Virus record (IMG/VR): IMGVR_UViG_3300010885_036069
Location: 52,662 to 116,661 of that record
Strand: one strand, 5' to 3'
Length of the DNA stretch: 64,000 nt
DNA from: a virus
The translations under genes were made by a program, and so were the position numbers. The notes under the pieces were generated by a model. The model was not told the origin of the DNA, searched no databases, and saw only the letters and a list, made by a program, of their open reading frames with translations. This document shows, one piece after another, positions 8,136 through 17,121 of this stretch (its first letter is position 1; the number at the start of each line of letters is the position of its first letter).

Positions 8136-9479
8136 TCAGTCGGGTTGTGCATCAAACGAAACGCTCACAAATGACTCTGGGCGCTTGACCGCAAGGGCAA
8201 GACGCTCTTCGGCAAGAACGACGATTGCGTTCCGGACGAAGAAGTCAGCGTGCTGTTCGCTGATACGGATGGTCGCCTGCTCACGATCATAGAGCTGGGC
8301 GCCGGTGCCGAATGCGCCGACAAGGGCTGTGCCTTCGGGCATTGCGGGGGTGTCAACTACTGGCATGCGCCAGATGCGTGGTTCGCCACCAAGTGCAACT
8401 GAAACGGCAACGAGGTACTGACCATTGGTGTCCTTGGTCAGTTCGATGTCTTCCCAATCGTTGGGGTGAAGAACGACGCCAGTTGGCTCGTAGTAGGCAA
8501 GGAACGCCAGAGTTGCTGCACGACGGATCGCATCAGCCTTGGTGTCCGGAACCGGTGAGGTAGCGCCTGAGGACCAGTCGTAGGTCTGAACACCAGGGGT
8601 GTTGAGAACGCCGAGGAGGTTCTCGCCAGTGCCATCACCCTCAAGGATTTGGTAATCCTCTTGGAGGCGAAGGCCGTAGAGAAGCTCGTTGTCAATGATG
8701 GAGCGGAGCTGCGGCTCATCAGCGAGAACGTTGCGGTGTGCTGCTTCCCAATGGGCAAGGGTCCGGATTGGAGCCTGATGACCTTCAAAGACCATGCTTG
8801 ACTGTGGCTTTGCGGCGTAGTTTCCACCATCGCGTTCAGCAACAGTGCTGGCTGCGTTGTTGGCCGTGGTGCCGGGGGTGGTAAAACCAATCATGCGGAA
8901 GTATTCAATGACCGCAGCAGTGGTTGTACGCACTGGGAAGAGGTCACGAACACGACGTGTACGCATGGGAGGAACTACCATCGGGTCACGCTGGATGGTG
9001 CCGAATGAACCAGGGGTGCCGGTGGGAAGAGCGCTATAAACGTCCTTCTGACCGTACTGACCTGAGGTGAGATCGGCACGAGCAATGGTGAATGGGGAAG
9101 GCATGTTGGCGCCATTGCGGCCACCATCAAGGGACTTGAACTCTGCTGAGTCAAGGAAAGCCTGACCAAGTGTCTTTGCTGAGTAACCAGCAAGTGAACC
9201 CTGGCTTGATGCCCAAGCGTCAACAACGCTGGCGACTGATTCGCCTGCGGGCTGGCTGCCCCACTGTGCGGCTGACTTCATTTCTTCAAGACCCTCAATG
9301 AGGCCCTTGATTTCCTTGATGTCAGACATGTTGCGGTCAAATGCTGACTTCTGCTCAGCGGACACAACAACAGTGCCATCTTCAATCTTAAATGAATCAG
9401 CAATTTCCTTATTGCTGGCCATCTTTTCACGCATTGCTGACTGAAGTTCGTTCAGTCGGCCTTCGTCATCGAAAGACAT
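8136..9479 (-). CDS. HK97-fold major capsid protein with N-terminal delta/scaffold domain
   Basis: Start at MSFDDEG after GGAG; IRTLAHW, L..ED.QIL.GDG.G.NL.G, VLHP.DW, FVRNA...LAEERL.L.V.RPESF. Confidence 0.95.
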   Translation of the reverse strand: MSFDDEGRLNELQSAMREKMASNKEIADSFKIEDGTVVVSAEQKSAFDRNMSDIKEIKGLIEGLEEMKSAAQWGSQPAGESVASVVDAWASSQGSLAGYSAKTLGQAFLDSAEFKSLDGGRNGANMPSPFTIARADLTSGQYGQKDVYSALPTGTPGSFGTIQRDPMVVPPMRTRRVRDLFPVRTTTAAVIEYFRMIGFTTPGTTANNAASTVAERDGGNYAAKPQSSMVFEGHQAPIRTLAHWEAAHRNVLADEPQLRSIIDNELLYGLRLQEDYQILEGDGTGENLLGVLNTPGVQTYDWSSGATSPVPDTKADAIRRAATLAFLAYYEPTGVVLHPNDWEDIELTKDTNGQYLVAVSVALGGEPRIWRMPVVDTPAMPEGTALVGAFGTGAQLYDREQATIRISEQHADFFVRNAIVVLAEERLALAVKRPESFVSVSFDAQPD

Positions 9480-9638
9480 TTTTTTTGCTCCTGTAAGAGA
9501 AAGGGGGTGTGTGAGATTTCTAACCTGATTTGACGATTTGACCCGTCGGCTCAGGTAAGCACCCAGCCGCAATATCGCGTCAAGTATTTAATTTATACGC
9601 TCATATCAGTGTTCTGGCGCAACTACTGATGAATGAGG

Positions 9639-9791
9639 CTATTTTACCTTGCTGATGCCTTTTCCAACTTCACGCATAATATCTGTTAGTGCTTGCTGTT
9701 GTTCTTCAATGGTCATTTTTTCATAGCCTTCTGGCAGTTTAAAAAGACCAAATCCAGCAGATTTTTCAGGCTTTTTTTGCGATTTTGGCAT
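9639..9791 (-). CDS. 50-aa hypothetical protein absent from the ORF track (MPKSQKKPEKSAGFGLFKLPEGYEKMTIEEQQQALTDIMREVGKGISKVK)
   Basis: Translated by hand; its start overlaps the end of 9766..10008. Confidence 0.55.
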   Translation of the reverse strand: MPKSQKKPEKSAGFGLFKLPEGYEKMTIEEQQQALTDIMREVGKGISKVK

Positions 9792-10008
9792 TGTACTTTT
9801 TCCTCATGGGTTCAAGGGCAGCGTTAATTTCCAAAGCACGCTCTTCACTAATGCCTAGTGCTTCAAGTGCAGGATTCTTTGGATCAATTATTTTCATAAT
9901 GTCATCAAAGGTGATGTCGTCAACTGGGACATACTCAGGACTGTCGTCCTCGTACTCCTTATTTGGTTGACGAACCTTGAGTCGTGGCGCTCGGGATTTC
10001 TTGCTCAT
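9766..10008 (-). CDS. Small hypothetical protein coupled to the 883-aa gene
   Basis: ATGA overlap with the stop of 10005..12656. Confidence 0.65.
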   Translation of the reverse strand: MSKKSRAPRLKVRQPNKEYEDDSPEYVPVDDITFDDIMKIIDPKNPALEALGISEERALEINAALEPMRKKYNAKIAKKA

Positions 10009-12656
10009 TTGAGAGTTGCTCCTGATAATGCTCCGGATGCTGAGTCTAGACCTTCACCGAAGGGGGCGCGTCTGTGAGCAACCCAGAGAATCGCCTGCAA
10101 CTGAGGAAGGTCAAGAACATCAAGGGCTTTCAGGCCACGCTTTTCTCGAGCTTTGTTGATGACCTCAAGTCGCTCATTAAACCGTTCAAGGGTCTGCTTA
10201 AGCGCAATTTGAAAGATCGGATAGGTTCCAACCGTTCCTTCTGAAACCGAAGTTGGATTTTCAAAGATCGTCTTTCCGGCTTCTCCAGTGATCTTTTTCC
10301 CCGTGCCGATGCTTGACATGTGGACATCAATTGTTGTGTCTCGGCTTTCAAACGGGAACATGATGTTGTTATAGAAAGATCTAACTTTATGCTTTCCGCC
10401 AAGAGCGGAGTCAAGATAATTCGGAGATACATCTTCAGCCGCTAGTGAAAGAGCCTTCCGGAGATTGTCCCAGGACTGCCACTGGACCGCCTCGTATACG
10501 GGTTCACCTTCAAGGATAGTTTTTTCGGTATTCAGGATTACCTGATTGGGTCGCCAATCTTTGCCCTCATGATCAATCGTGAGTTGCGATCCGTATCCAC
10601 GAAGACCAAGAGCGAGTACATCAAGTCCCTTCTCGTCAGATAGGAGTTCCTTTACGCTCTTACCCTTGAAACTGCTGGCATCCACATCTAGGAACTTAGG
10701 AAGATTTGCCGTATTTCCGGAGGCGTATTCCTTCATCTTCGTTGTGTAATCGGCAACTCTCATCGCATCAACGAGGGCGATGAACTCATCGTCAATGACT
10801 CTGTTCTGATCAATGAAGTCAGTCACCCACTTGGCCTGCCATACATTTTGATCCCAAGAACGACTTGGGGAGAGAACTGCCATCATTCCAGCAGCCTGCC
10901 AAGACTCAATTCCTAGTGTCTTGGCCATATCATCAATCATCTTGCGAGCCTCGGGATACCAAGTAAGTCCATCTTCTAGGTCTTGTTCGGTAACAGACTC
11001 AAGAAGGGCATCAAATCTTGCTGCAATGTCGTCTACATTACCGACATCTTTCCCGTAGGTCTTGTTGAGGATTTCAGTCAATTTGTCAATGTGTTCTTGA
11101 CTGATCCTGTCAACGGCAAATTCATCAAATCCGTCAGTTTTTGGCTTGTTGTCACGAATCTGAACTCTAGGTTCTTGCTGAATTTGCTCAATTTCTCTAT
11201 CGCTAGAGGCGATGCGATTAATCTCACGGAGTTCAAAGGTGAGGTCGGCATATTCGCCACCAGTACCACCGCTGCCTAGAAATGCGGTGTCCATTTTCCC
11301 AGCCTCTAGGTCATCAAGATTTGTGATTGCAATTTGATCACGATCTTTCCCGAGCTGAACAGCCTCATTATCACTAACTTCCTGCTTGTCAAAGACATCC
11401 ACAACATCCAAGTAGAGCCACTTGTTACCGGCATCGTCTGCCTCAACCCAGCCGCCAAAGAATGTGCCGATACTTCGGTCGTCTTCCGGTTCGGCAAATC
11501 GACCGTTTTTCAGGCTGTCGCCAATGTATGCATGAAGGATTGCTACGGCCTCCGGCTTTGGATTTTCCCCGTCAAAGAAGTCACTTAAGGAAATTCTGAT
11601 CCCTTGATTCTTCCGAGCAATAGCCCACCCGGAAGTTGGCTGGTTTCCAGACAGCGGGCTAATGGTGATACCACCGTTGGCTTCAATGTGATCAAGAACT
11701 CCACGACGAAAATCCTTAATCTTTGGACTGTTACCGGTGAGGTCTGAAAAGTCTTCATACTTTCCGCTTACGGTTTCAAGAATCTTTTTGAATCTGATCT
11801 TTTCAACATCAGTAATTGGAAAGTTTGCTGCTTCTGTGAGTTTCTTAGAAGGTTTCTTGCCGCCAGCAATTGAGGAGATTACTTCTCTATGGGCAGCCCG
11901 AGTGAGGACTTGGCGTCCAATCATCTGACCACGAGAACCTGCGGGGTTCATGCACCCCTCGCCCTCCATGTTCGTGAACTGCATTGCATTGAGCGTTCCT
12001 GGCGGGCAACGCATAATTCCAAGTTGATCAACAATGATGCGTCCACGACGAACACCCTCAGTTACGCCTACGGACTGACGCTTACTGATCTTGTCAAGTT
12101 TCTTGAATTTAAGTAAATCATATGAATAGTTTTTGCTCTGTTCTTGGTTTTTCCAAGGATGATCAGCAGCAAGCAAATCATTGTCCGCCGTGTACGTACG
12201 ATTCTTTGAGGTTCCCGAAATCAGCAGTTTTAAAAAGTTAGAAACACGAAGTTCTGCTTTTTCAAGTTGTTTAGTTTGTGGTTCGTCTGGATTTAGTCCA
12301 TTTTCAAGACCGCGACCATATACTGAAATTAAAATCTTGGGTGAAGTCTTGCTCCACTCCGGCTTACTTAGTCGAGTCATATTGCGATTATGGACTCGCG
12401 CTCGTTTGGTGAGTTGCTGTCTAGTGATATCCGGAATCTTGATAGAAGGAATACCTGAAGGTTTATTGAGTTCCTTAGGATCTTCAGTTTGATCCATCTT
12501 TGCGGAAATTGGCGCGCTTACGAGGCCGCCATCGGGGAGGGTTTCAATCCCAATGATCGGCTTCTCGGAAAGTTGTTCCCATACCTTTTTGGAGGCCTTA
12601 CGACTTGATTTCTTGCCCCTTTTGCGTGCCGGCTTCCGGTTAACTGGACGAGCCAT
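10005..12656 (-). CDS. 883-aa modular head-operon protein: CPPG tag, central unknown domain, C-terminal possible HhH-glycosylase-like domain
   Basis: RCPPGTLNAMQFTNMEGEGC; GLTWY..A...AAGMMAVLSP...W.QN; KVRSFYNNI...TTIDVHM...QLQAILW. Confidence 0.6.
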   Translation of the reverse strand: MARPVNRKPARKRGKKSSRKASKKVWEQLSEKPIIGIETLPDGGLVSAPISAKMDQTEDPKELNKPSGIPSIKIPDITRQQLTKRARVHNRNMTRLSKPEWSKTSPKILISVYGRGLENGLNPDEPQTKQLEKAELRVSNFLKLLISGTSKNRTYTADNDLLAADHPWKNQEQSKNYSYDLLKFKKLDKISKRQSVGVTEGVRRGRIIVDQLGIMRCPPGTLNAMQFTNMEGEGCMNPAGSRGQMIGRQVLTRAAHREVISSIAGGKKPSKKLTEAANFPITDVEKIRFKKILETVSGKYEDFSDLTGNSPKIKDFRRGVLDHIEANGGITISPLSGNQPTSGWAIARKNQGIRISLSDFFDGENPKPEAVAILHAYIGDSLKNGRFAEPEDDRSIGTFFGGWVEADDAGNKWLYLDVVDVFDKQEVSDNEAVQLGKDRDQIAITNLDDLEAGKMDTAFLGSGGTGGEYADLTFELREINRIASSDREIEQIQQEPRVQIRDNKPKTDGFDEFAVDRISQEHIDKLTEILNKTYGKDVGNVDDIAARFDALLESVTEQDLEDGLTWYPEARKMIDDMAKTLGIESWQAAGMMAVLSPSRSWDQNVWQAKWVTDFIDQNRVIDDEFIALVDAMRVADYTTKMKEYASGNTANLPKFLDVDASSFKGKSVKELLSDEKGLDVLALGLRGYGSQLTIDHEGKDWRPNQVILNTEKTILEGEPVYEAVQWQSWDNLRKALSLAAEDVSPNYLDSALGGKHKVRSFYNNIMFPFESRDTTIDVHMSSIGTGKKITGEAGKTIFENPTSVSEGTVGTYPIFQIALKQTLERFNERLEVINKAREKRGLKALDVLDLPQLQAILWVAHRRAPFGEGLDSASGALSGATLK

Positions 12657-12891
12657 TGCTGCCCGAAGCCCTTTCCTCGTGATTGCGTTTTTCTTCCATC
12701 TTTTTTAGGTAGGCGTTCATAGCCCTAGTGGCAATAGCAGCGCTGCTCAGCCGGAGTGGGCCTATTTCTATGTCATTTACAAAATCACCGGTCAGGGGAT
12801 CAGTAGGTGATCCAACGTTAATCACGGTTGGAAATTGCTGTAGATATTCAGCAAGGTTGTCTGGTTCTTTTGACGGTTCTTTTTCAGCCAT
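12640..12891 (-). CDS. Small hypothetical protein coupled to the 1305-aa gene
   Basis: Overlaps both neighbours; ATG at 12891. Confidence 0.6.
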   Translation of the reverse strand: MAEKEPSKEPDNLAEYLQQFPTVINVGSPTDPLTGDFVNDIEIGPLRLSSAAIATRAMNAYLKKMEEKRNHEERASGSNGSSS

Positions 12892-15800
12892 TTGGCACAA
12901 CCTTAACTTTTAGTCCAATAAGAAGCGATTGCAGGGACTTGCCGCCGCTTGATTCTAGAGCCTTGATTATGTACTCAGTGAGCAACCATGCTCGATCTTC
13001 TTTTTTAAGAAGGCCAGCCTCGCGTGCGGTAAACAGTTCCGCCAGCATTTCAGCCCACATCGTGCTTCCGTAGTCTGAATTGTTATTTATCCAATCTGCG
13101 CTAGCAAGAATAAGCTCATCAAGGACACTGGGATCAACGTCGCTACCTTCAAGCAATTTCTTAATCGGTATACCCATAAAGATGCCGGTGTTTTTTTGCT
13201 CTTTAAGGGTTCTGCCGCCTGCGAATGCTTCTCCCTCAATTTCACGGTTTTGGTTTCTGCCAGTGAAATACAAAGCGTGGTCCCCCCTGAAGGGGGCAAT
13301 CATGGAGTAAGGGACGAAGAGTCCATACGATATCAAAGTTTCTTCTATTTCTTTAGATGCTTGTTGACGCTCAATATCCGAGTTTGAACCCAAGAGTTTT
13401 CCTGAGAGTTCTTCTAACTTGGCAACGAGCTGCCGAGAATCTTGTTTTATCTTCGCATTTTTTTGCCCAATCGGTCCAGCATTTGCTTGAATTGTTTTAG
13501 CAATATCTGACGCAGCCCCCGCCATCATCAACTGCCAAACCATTTGCGGTTCTTCTATTTCCGCTTCTTCAAGAAGGGCAATGTAGTTGCGTTTGAATTC
13601 TTCGTAGTCCTGAACACCCCTACCCCTATCTCTAAGTATTTCTACTGGGTATTTGTCGCTTTTGAATGTTCGATAAACTATTGCGTCATGCAAAACGTGG
13701 GCGACTTCGTGACTTACCGTCAGTTCAGATGTAATCGTTAGAACTTGATCTGAAATTTTTTCTGCGTCATTCGTTTTAGCCTTACGCTTTTTTTCAAGCG
13801 CAACGCCGGCGGCGATGCTTCTATTTTTATCCTTAGTAGAAAATTGATTAGCCGCAATTATTGACATATGGTGATTCAAAATTAGTTGCTTACGCCCAAA
13901 AGCACCGCCAACTGTAGAATAATCCTGTAATGGGCCTTCATCAAGTTGCCCATAAATAACTTCATTTAGAAGTTTTGAAGACTCTGGATGTTCTAATGAC
14001 CAATCAAGTAGTTTCATTGTTTGTGAATAGATTGCGAGCATTTGAGTATCAATTTCATCAACAATGATGTCTTTGATCGCTTCACCAGTTGCCGAGTCTT
14101 CCTCAATTCCTGCCAATTGATCCCTACCCATGAAGTAATTCAACTCAAAACTTTGAAGTTCGGGGAATGCTTTCATCAAAGCGGTTTTGACATCTTCAAC
14201 TGTTTTTATTTCGCCAAATTCTTTTTGAATTTTTTCAACATCAGCAGTCGCTGACTTTGCATATAAAGAAATAACGCGACTTGAAAACATTGAAAATGGG
14301 CTGTCTTTAATTTGCTCTTTATCTGAAAACATCCCATCAAAACTTGAGGGACCATCTTTATCTGAACGTAACCAAGTTCTGCGGATTGACCTCTCAAGCC
14401 GACCAGGAGAAAGTTTTTTGATGCTCTCTATGGCAGAAGTCTTTTCTTCTTCATTTGCTTTTTCAGAAAACTCAACGGCAGGGAATTTCAGAACAACTTT
14501 TTGCACTTTAAGCGTTGTTTTTTTTCGTTGATTGACTCGACCCTTGTCAATCAAGTCCTTTGGGGCGTCCTCCCTTGAAATAGGAGTACCGGAAGTTACT
14601 TGCCCAGCAATTCGATCTTGTCTGTTCTTTTTTTGTTTCTTTTTCTGAACCGGACGATTAAGTCGCATTATCTGCATGCCCTGATTTGCGCTGCGAGCAA
14701 GAGATGGGCGTTCGTTTGTGGTTCCATCTTGAACTATTCCGTCACCGTCGGCATCCACAGCATTGCCATCAAACGGTTCAACGATCTTGCGAATCTTGCG
14801 CGCTTTTCTAATATTTCGGATTTTATTCAGGCTTTTTGCGTGAACATCAGCAAGCATCGCCAGTGATTTTCCGCCAATGGCTTCAAATGATTCTTCAAAA
14901 AGTTGAAGAAGTTTCCAAGGTGAGCCATCAGACTCTTTAAGATACCCAAGAGCCTTGAAGGAGTAGAGTTCCGCAAAAGCCTCGGCAACCGAAACGCTTC
15001 CATACTGAGATCGATCGGACATGAACCTAAGTGCTTCTTTAAGCAATTGCTTCGTTTCCGAAAGGGAAATGTCAATATCCGCCTTTTCAAACATCCGATA
15101 AAGCACAAATGCCGGCATATTGAATGGATTGTCATTGATCTGCAAGGTCGTTGTATTCATGGGCATAAAGGCATTGCCCTGCTTCGGCTTCTTTGAGTAA
15201 AGTCCGCGTCCAGAAATTGGAGCAAAAAGTAGAAAGCCTGGACTCATTCCATAAGACTTCATTTTGTCTAGCATTGAAGATGAAATTGATCGGATTTCAT
15301 CTGGATCTGTAGCGCTTTCAAGCCTTGCGGCATCGTCTGCCCATGAGGTGGAGGCCCATGATCCGCGAGTGATTTCTTGTCGATTTTCAAGGTCTTTAAT
15401 GTTCAGTGCCATTTCACGCCAACCGTTAATAACGAGTTGACGTATAAGTTCATCCGGATCATCAACCCCGAGTTCGGCGTACTGCTTTCTAGCAGCAGCA
15501 ATAGCAGCAGAAGAGGTTTGTCGAGTTTCTCCAAACGCAGTCCAACTCTGAGCATCCCCGCCGATTCCTCGTGCCATGCCGCTGAACCAATGGGCATGCC
15601 CAAACTCATGTTCATGAGTCGCATCAATCATGGCGAGCAGGCCTTGAATTGAGTCGGGTGGAAATTCATCCGCCTGCTGGAAACTCACGTTCCAGGGTCG
15701 TCCCTGATCGTCTGTAGTTCTATTTCTGGTGGTATAGCTCTTCATAATCGTGCCAAGAGCCACACTTACTAAAAATGTGGTTGCATCTCTGTCAATATCA

Positions 15801-16801
15801 AGATTGTTTAAGTTTTCATTCCATGTGTACTCACCACTTAAATCTGTAACAGACATGGCCACGGGTCGTCCCATATGACCAAGTTGACCACCGACTCCAA
15901 GAGCTTTGACCTGAGGATTCTGATTTCCTATTTCTAGATTTGTAAAAGAGGATGCTGTCCTTGGATTGTTATCCCCCCATTGCAGCATCTTGAGCATTTC
16001 AAAACGAACAGCCGCCATTGATGGATCAATTTCATCAAAAAACATTTCTGCTTTCATGGGCGTATCTAGTCGCCCGTTAAACATTTGCTGGGTAATTGGA
16101 AAATTAATAAGAATGCTTCCGGCACCGGTATTTGGGTAGGCCTTGTTGAGGGCAGCCTGAAGATCTAAAATCGTGTCAAGTTTCCCGTATTTTGCTTCCA
16201 GCTCTTTGAAGTTGATCCCTGGATGAGCATCAACAATTTCTCTAACTCTTGGGGAAAAGGTGTTTAGGATTGAGTCGCTAAATTTGATTCCATCAAATAT
16301 TGGATATGTATCTGCGTCCGTATTGGGCCTAAAACTTAAAAACGGGAATATCTTAGAATTGATTGCAAGATTGGCTGACATCTTGAGTCCGACCAATCTA
16401 CTTTTTACGTCTGCAACTTCCTGCTTGGTCATGCGTCGATGCATCGGCACCCTCTTGCCGAAGACATTTGCATTTACAGCAGCGCGAGGATCACCAACTG
16501 CTTCATCAATAGCGGTATCCGTGGGTCTTTCTTTCAGTTTCTTACGTCTGCGCTTCGGCACGCCAACTGGACGATCTGAATATGGCCCCTTACGAGGCAC
16601 TGATTTCGGACCTTTATCACCAGTCAAAGCACTTGGGACGCTAGGGGTCGCTGGTCGCTCAAAAGCGGTCCCCTCTTGGACCGTCCCATCATTGTCCCCA
16701 TCAATGGCATCGGCATCAAATGGTTCAGAAGCACGCGCGACGGAGCGAACTGACCGCCGAGCAGATCCAAGTTTCTGGAGCCTCTTCCCAAATGATTTCA
16801 T
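12884..16801 (-). CDS. 1305-aa protein with two tandem [DxDxDG tag + HExxH zincin metallopeptidase] units
   Basis: HEFGH...YGSVSVAEAFAELY and HEVAH...YGSTMWAEMLAELF; each unit begins with EPFD..A.D.D.DG.VQ.GT..ERP. Confidence 0.75.
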   Translation of the reverse strand: MKSFGKRLQKLGSARRSVRSVARASEPFDADAIDGDNDGTVQEGTAFERPATPSVPSALTGDKGPKSVPRKGPYSDRPVGVPKRRRKKLKERPTDTAIDEAVGDPRAAVNANVFGKRVPMHRRMTKQEVADVKSRLVGLKMSANLAINSKIFPFLSFRPNTDADTYPIFDGIKFSDSILNTFSPRVREIVDAHPGINFKELEAKYGKLDTILDLQAALNKAYPNTGAGSILINFPITQQMFNGRLDTPMKAEMFFDEIDPSMAAVRFEMLKMLQWGDNNPRTASSFTNLEIGNQNPQVKALGVGGQLGHMGRPVAMSVTDLSGEYTWNENLNNLDIDRDATTFLVSVALGTIMKSYTTRNRTTDDQGRPWNVSFQQADEFPPDSIQGLLAMIDATHEHEFGHAHWFSGMARGIGGDAQSWTAFGETRQTSSAAIAAARKQYAELGVDDPDELIRQLVINGWREMALNIKDLENRQEITRGSWASTSWADDAARLESATDPDEIRSISSSMLDKMKSYGMSPGFLLFAPISGRGLYSKKPKQGNAFMPMNTTTLQINDNPFNMPAFVLYRMFEKADIDISLSETKQLLKEALRFMSDRSQYGSVSVAEAFAELYSFKALGYLKESDGSPWKLLQLFEESFEAIGGKSLAMLADVHAKSLNKIRNIRKARKIRKIVEPFDGNAVDADGDGIVQDGTTNERPSLARSANQGMQIMRLNRPVQKKKQKKNRQDRIAGQVTSGTPISREDAPKDLIDKGRVNQRKKTTLKVQKVVLKFPAVEFSEKANEEEKTSAIESIKKLSPGRLERSIRRTWLRSDKDGPSSFDGMFSDKEQIKDSPFSMFSSRVISLYAKSATADVEKIQKEFGEIKTVEDVKTALMKAFPELQSFELNYFMGRDQLAGIEEDSATGEAIKDIIVDEIDTQMLAIYSQTMKLLDWSLEHPESSKLLNEVIYGQLDEGPLQDYSTVGGAFGRKQLILNHHMSIIAANQFSTKDKNRSIAAGVALEKKRKAKTNDAEKISDQVLTITSELTVSHEVAHVLHDAIVYRTFKSDKYPVEILRDRGRGVQDYEEFKRNYIALLEEAEIEEPQMVWQLMMAGAASDIAKTIQANAGPIGQKNAKIKQDSRQLVAKLEELSGKLLGSNSDIERQQASKEIEETLISYGLFVPYSMIAPFRGDHALYFTGRNQNREIEGEAFAGGRTLKEQKNTGIFMGIPIKKLLEGSDVDPSVLDELILASADWINNNSDYGSTMWAEMLAELFTAREAGLLKKEDRAWLLTEYIIKALESSGGKSLQSLLIGLKVKVVPNG

Positions 16802-17121
16802 TGACCTGAATCCCAGCCTCTAAGGATTTCAGCAATTTCATCACGCTTTTCATCGGAGAGTTCAAAGAGATCGCCAGCGGGAGAATAGGTCATGCGAATG
16901 AAGTAATTGAATTGTTCCCAAGCGTTGTGCTTGATTTCGCCAGATCTAAGTTCATCTTTATACTTATTGAGGCGCGCTTCTATGGGTGAGTTCGGGAGCG
17001 GGTAAATATTAGTTTGCCCATCGTCATATATAAAAATTGCTTGAGCATCTTCTTTTTTCTTTTGGGATTTTGGCTTGAAGATGTACAAACCCCAATTCAT
17101 TTTTGTTGGATCTTTAGCCAT
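16798..17121 (-). CDS. 107-aa hypothetical protein coupled to the kinase gene
   Basis: Overlaps the kinase stop and the start of the 1305-aa gene. Confidence 0.65.
   Translation of the reverse strand: MAKDPTKMNWGLYIFKPKSQKKKEDAQAIFIYDDGQTNIYPLPNSPIEARLNKYKDELRSGEIKHNAWEQFNYFIRMTYSPAGDLFELSDEKRDEIAEILRGWDSGQ

Noticed and set aside
9480-9572. 31-aa N-terminal extension of the capsid protein in the ORF track
   Set aside because: A GGAG SD precedes ATG 9479; the upstream TTG has no SD and the region looks like a leader.
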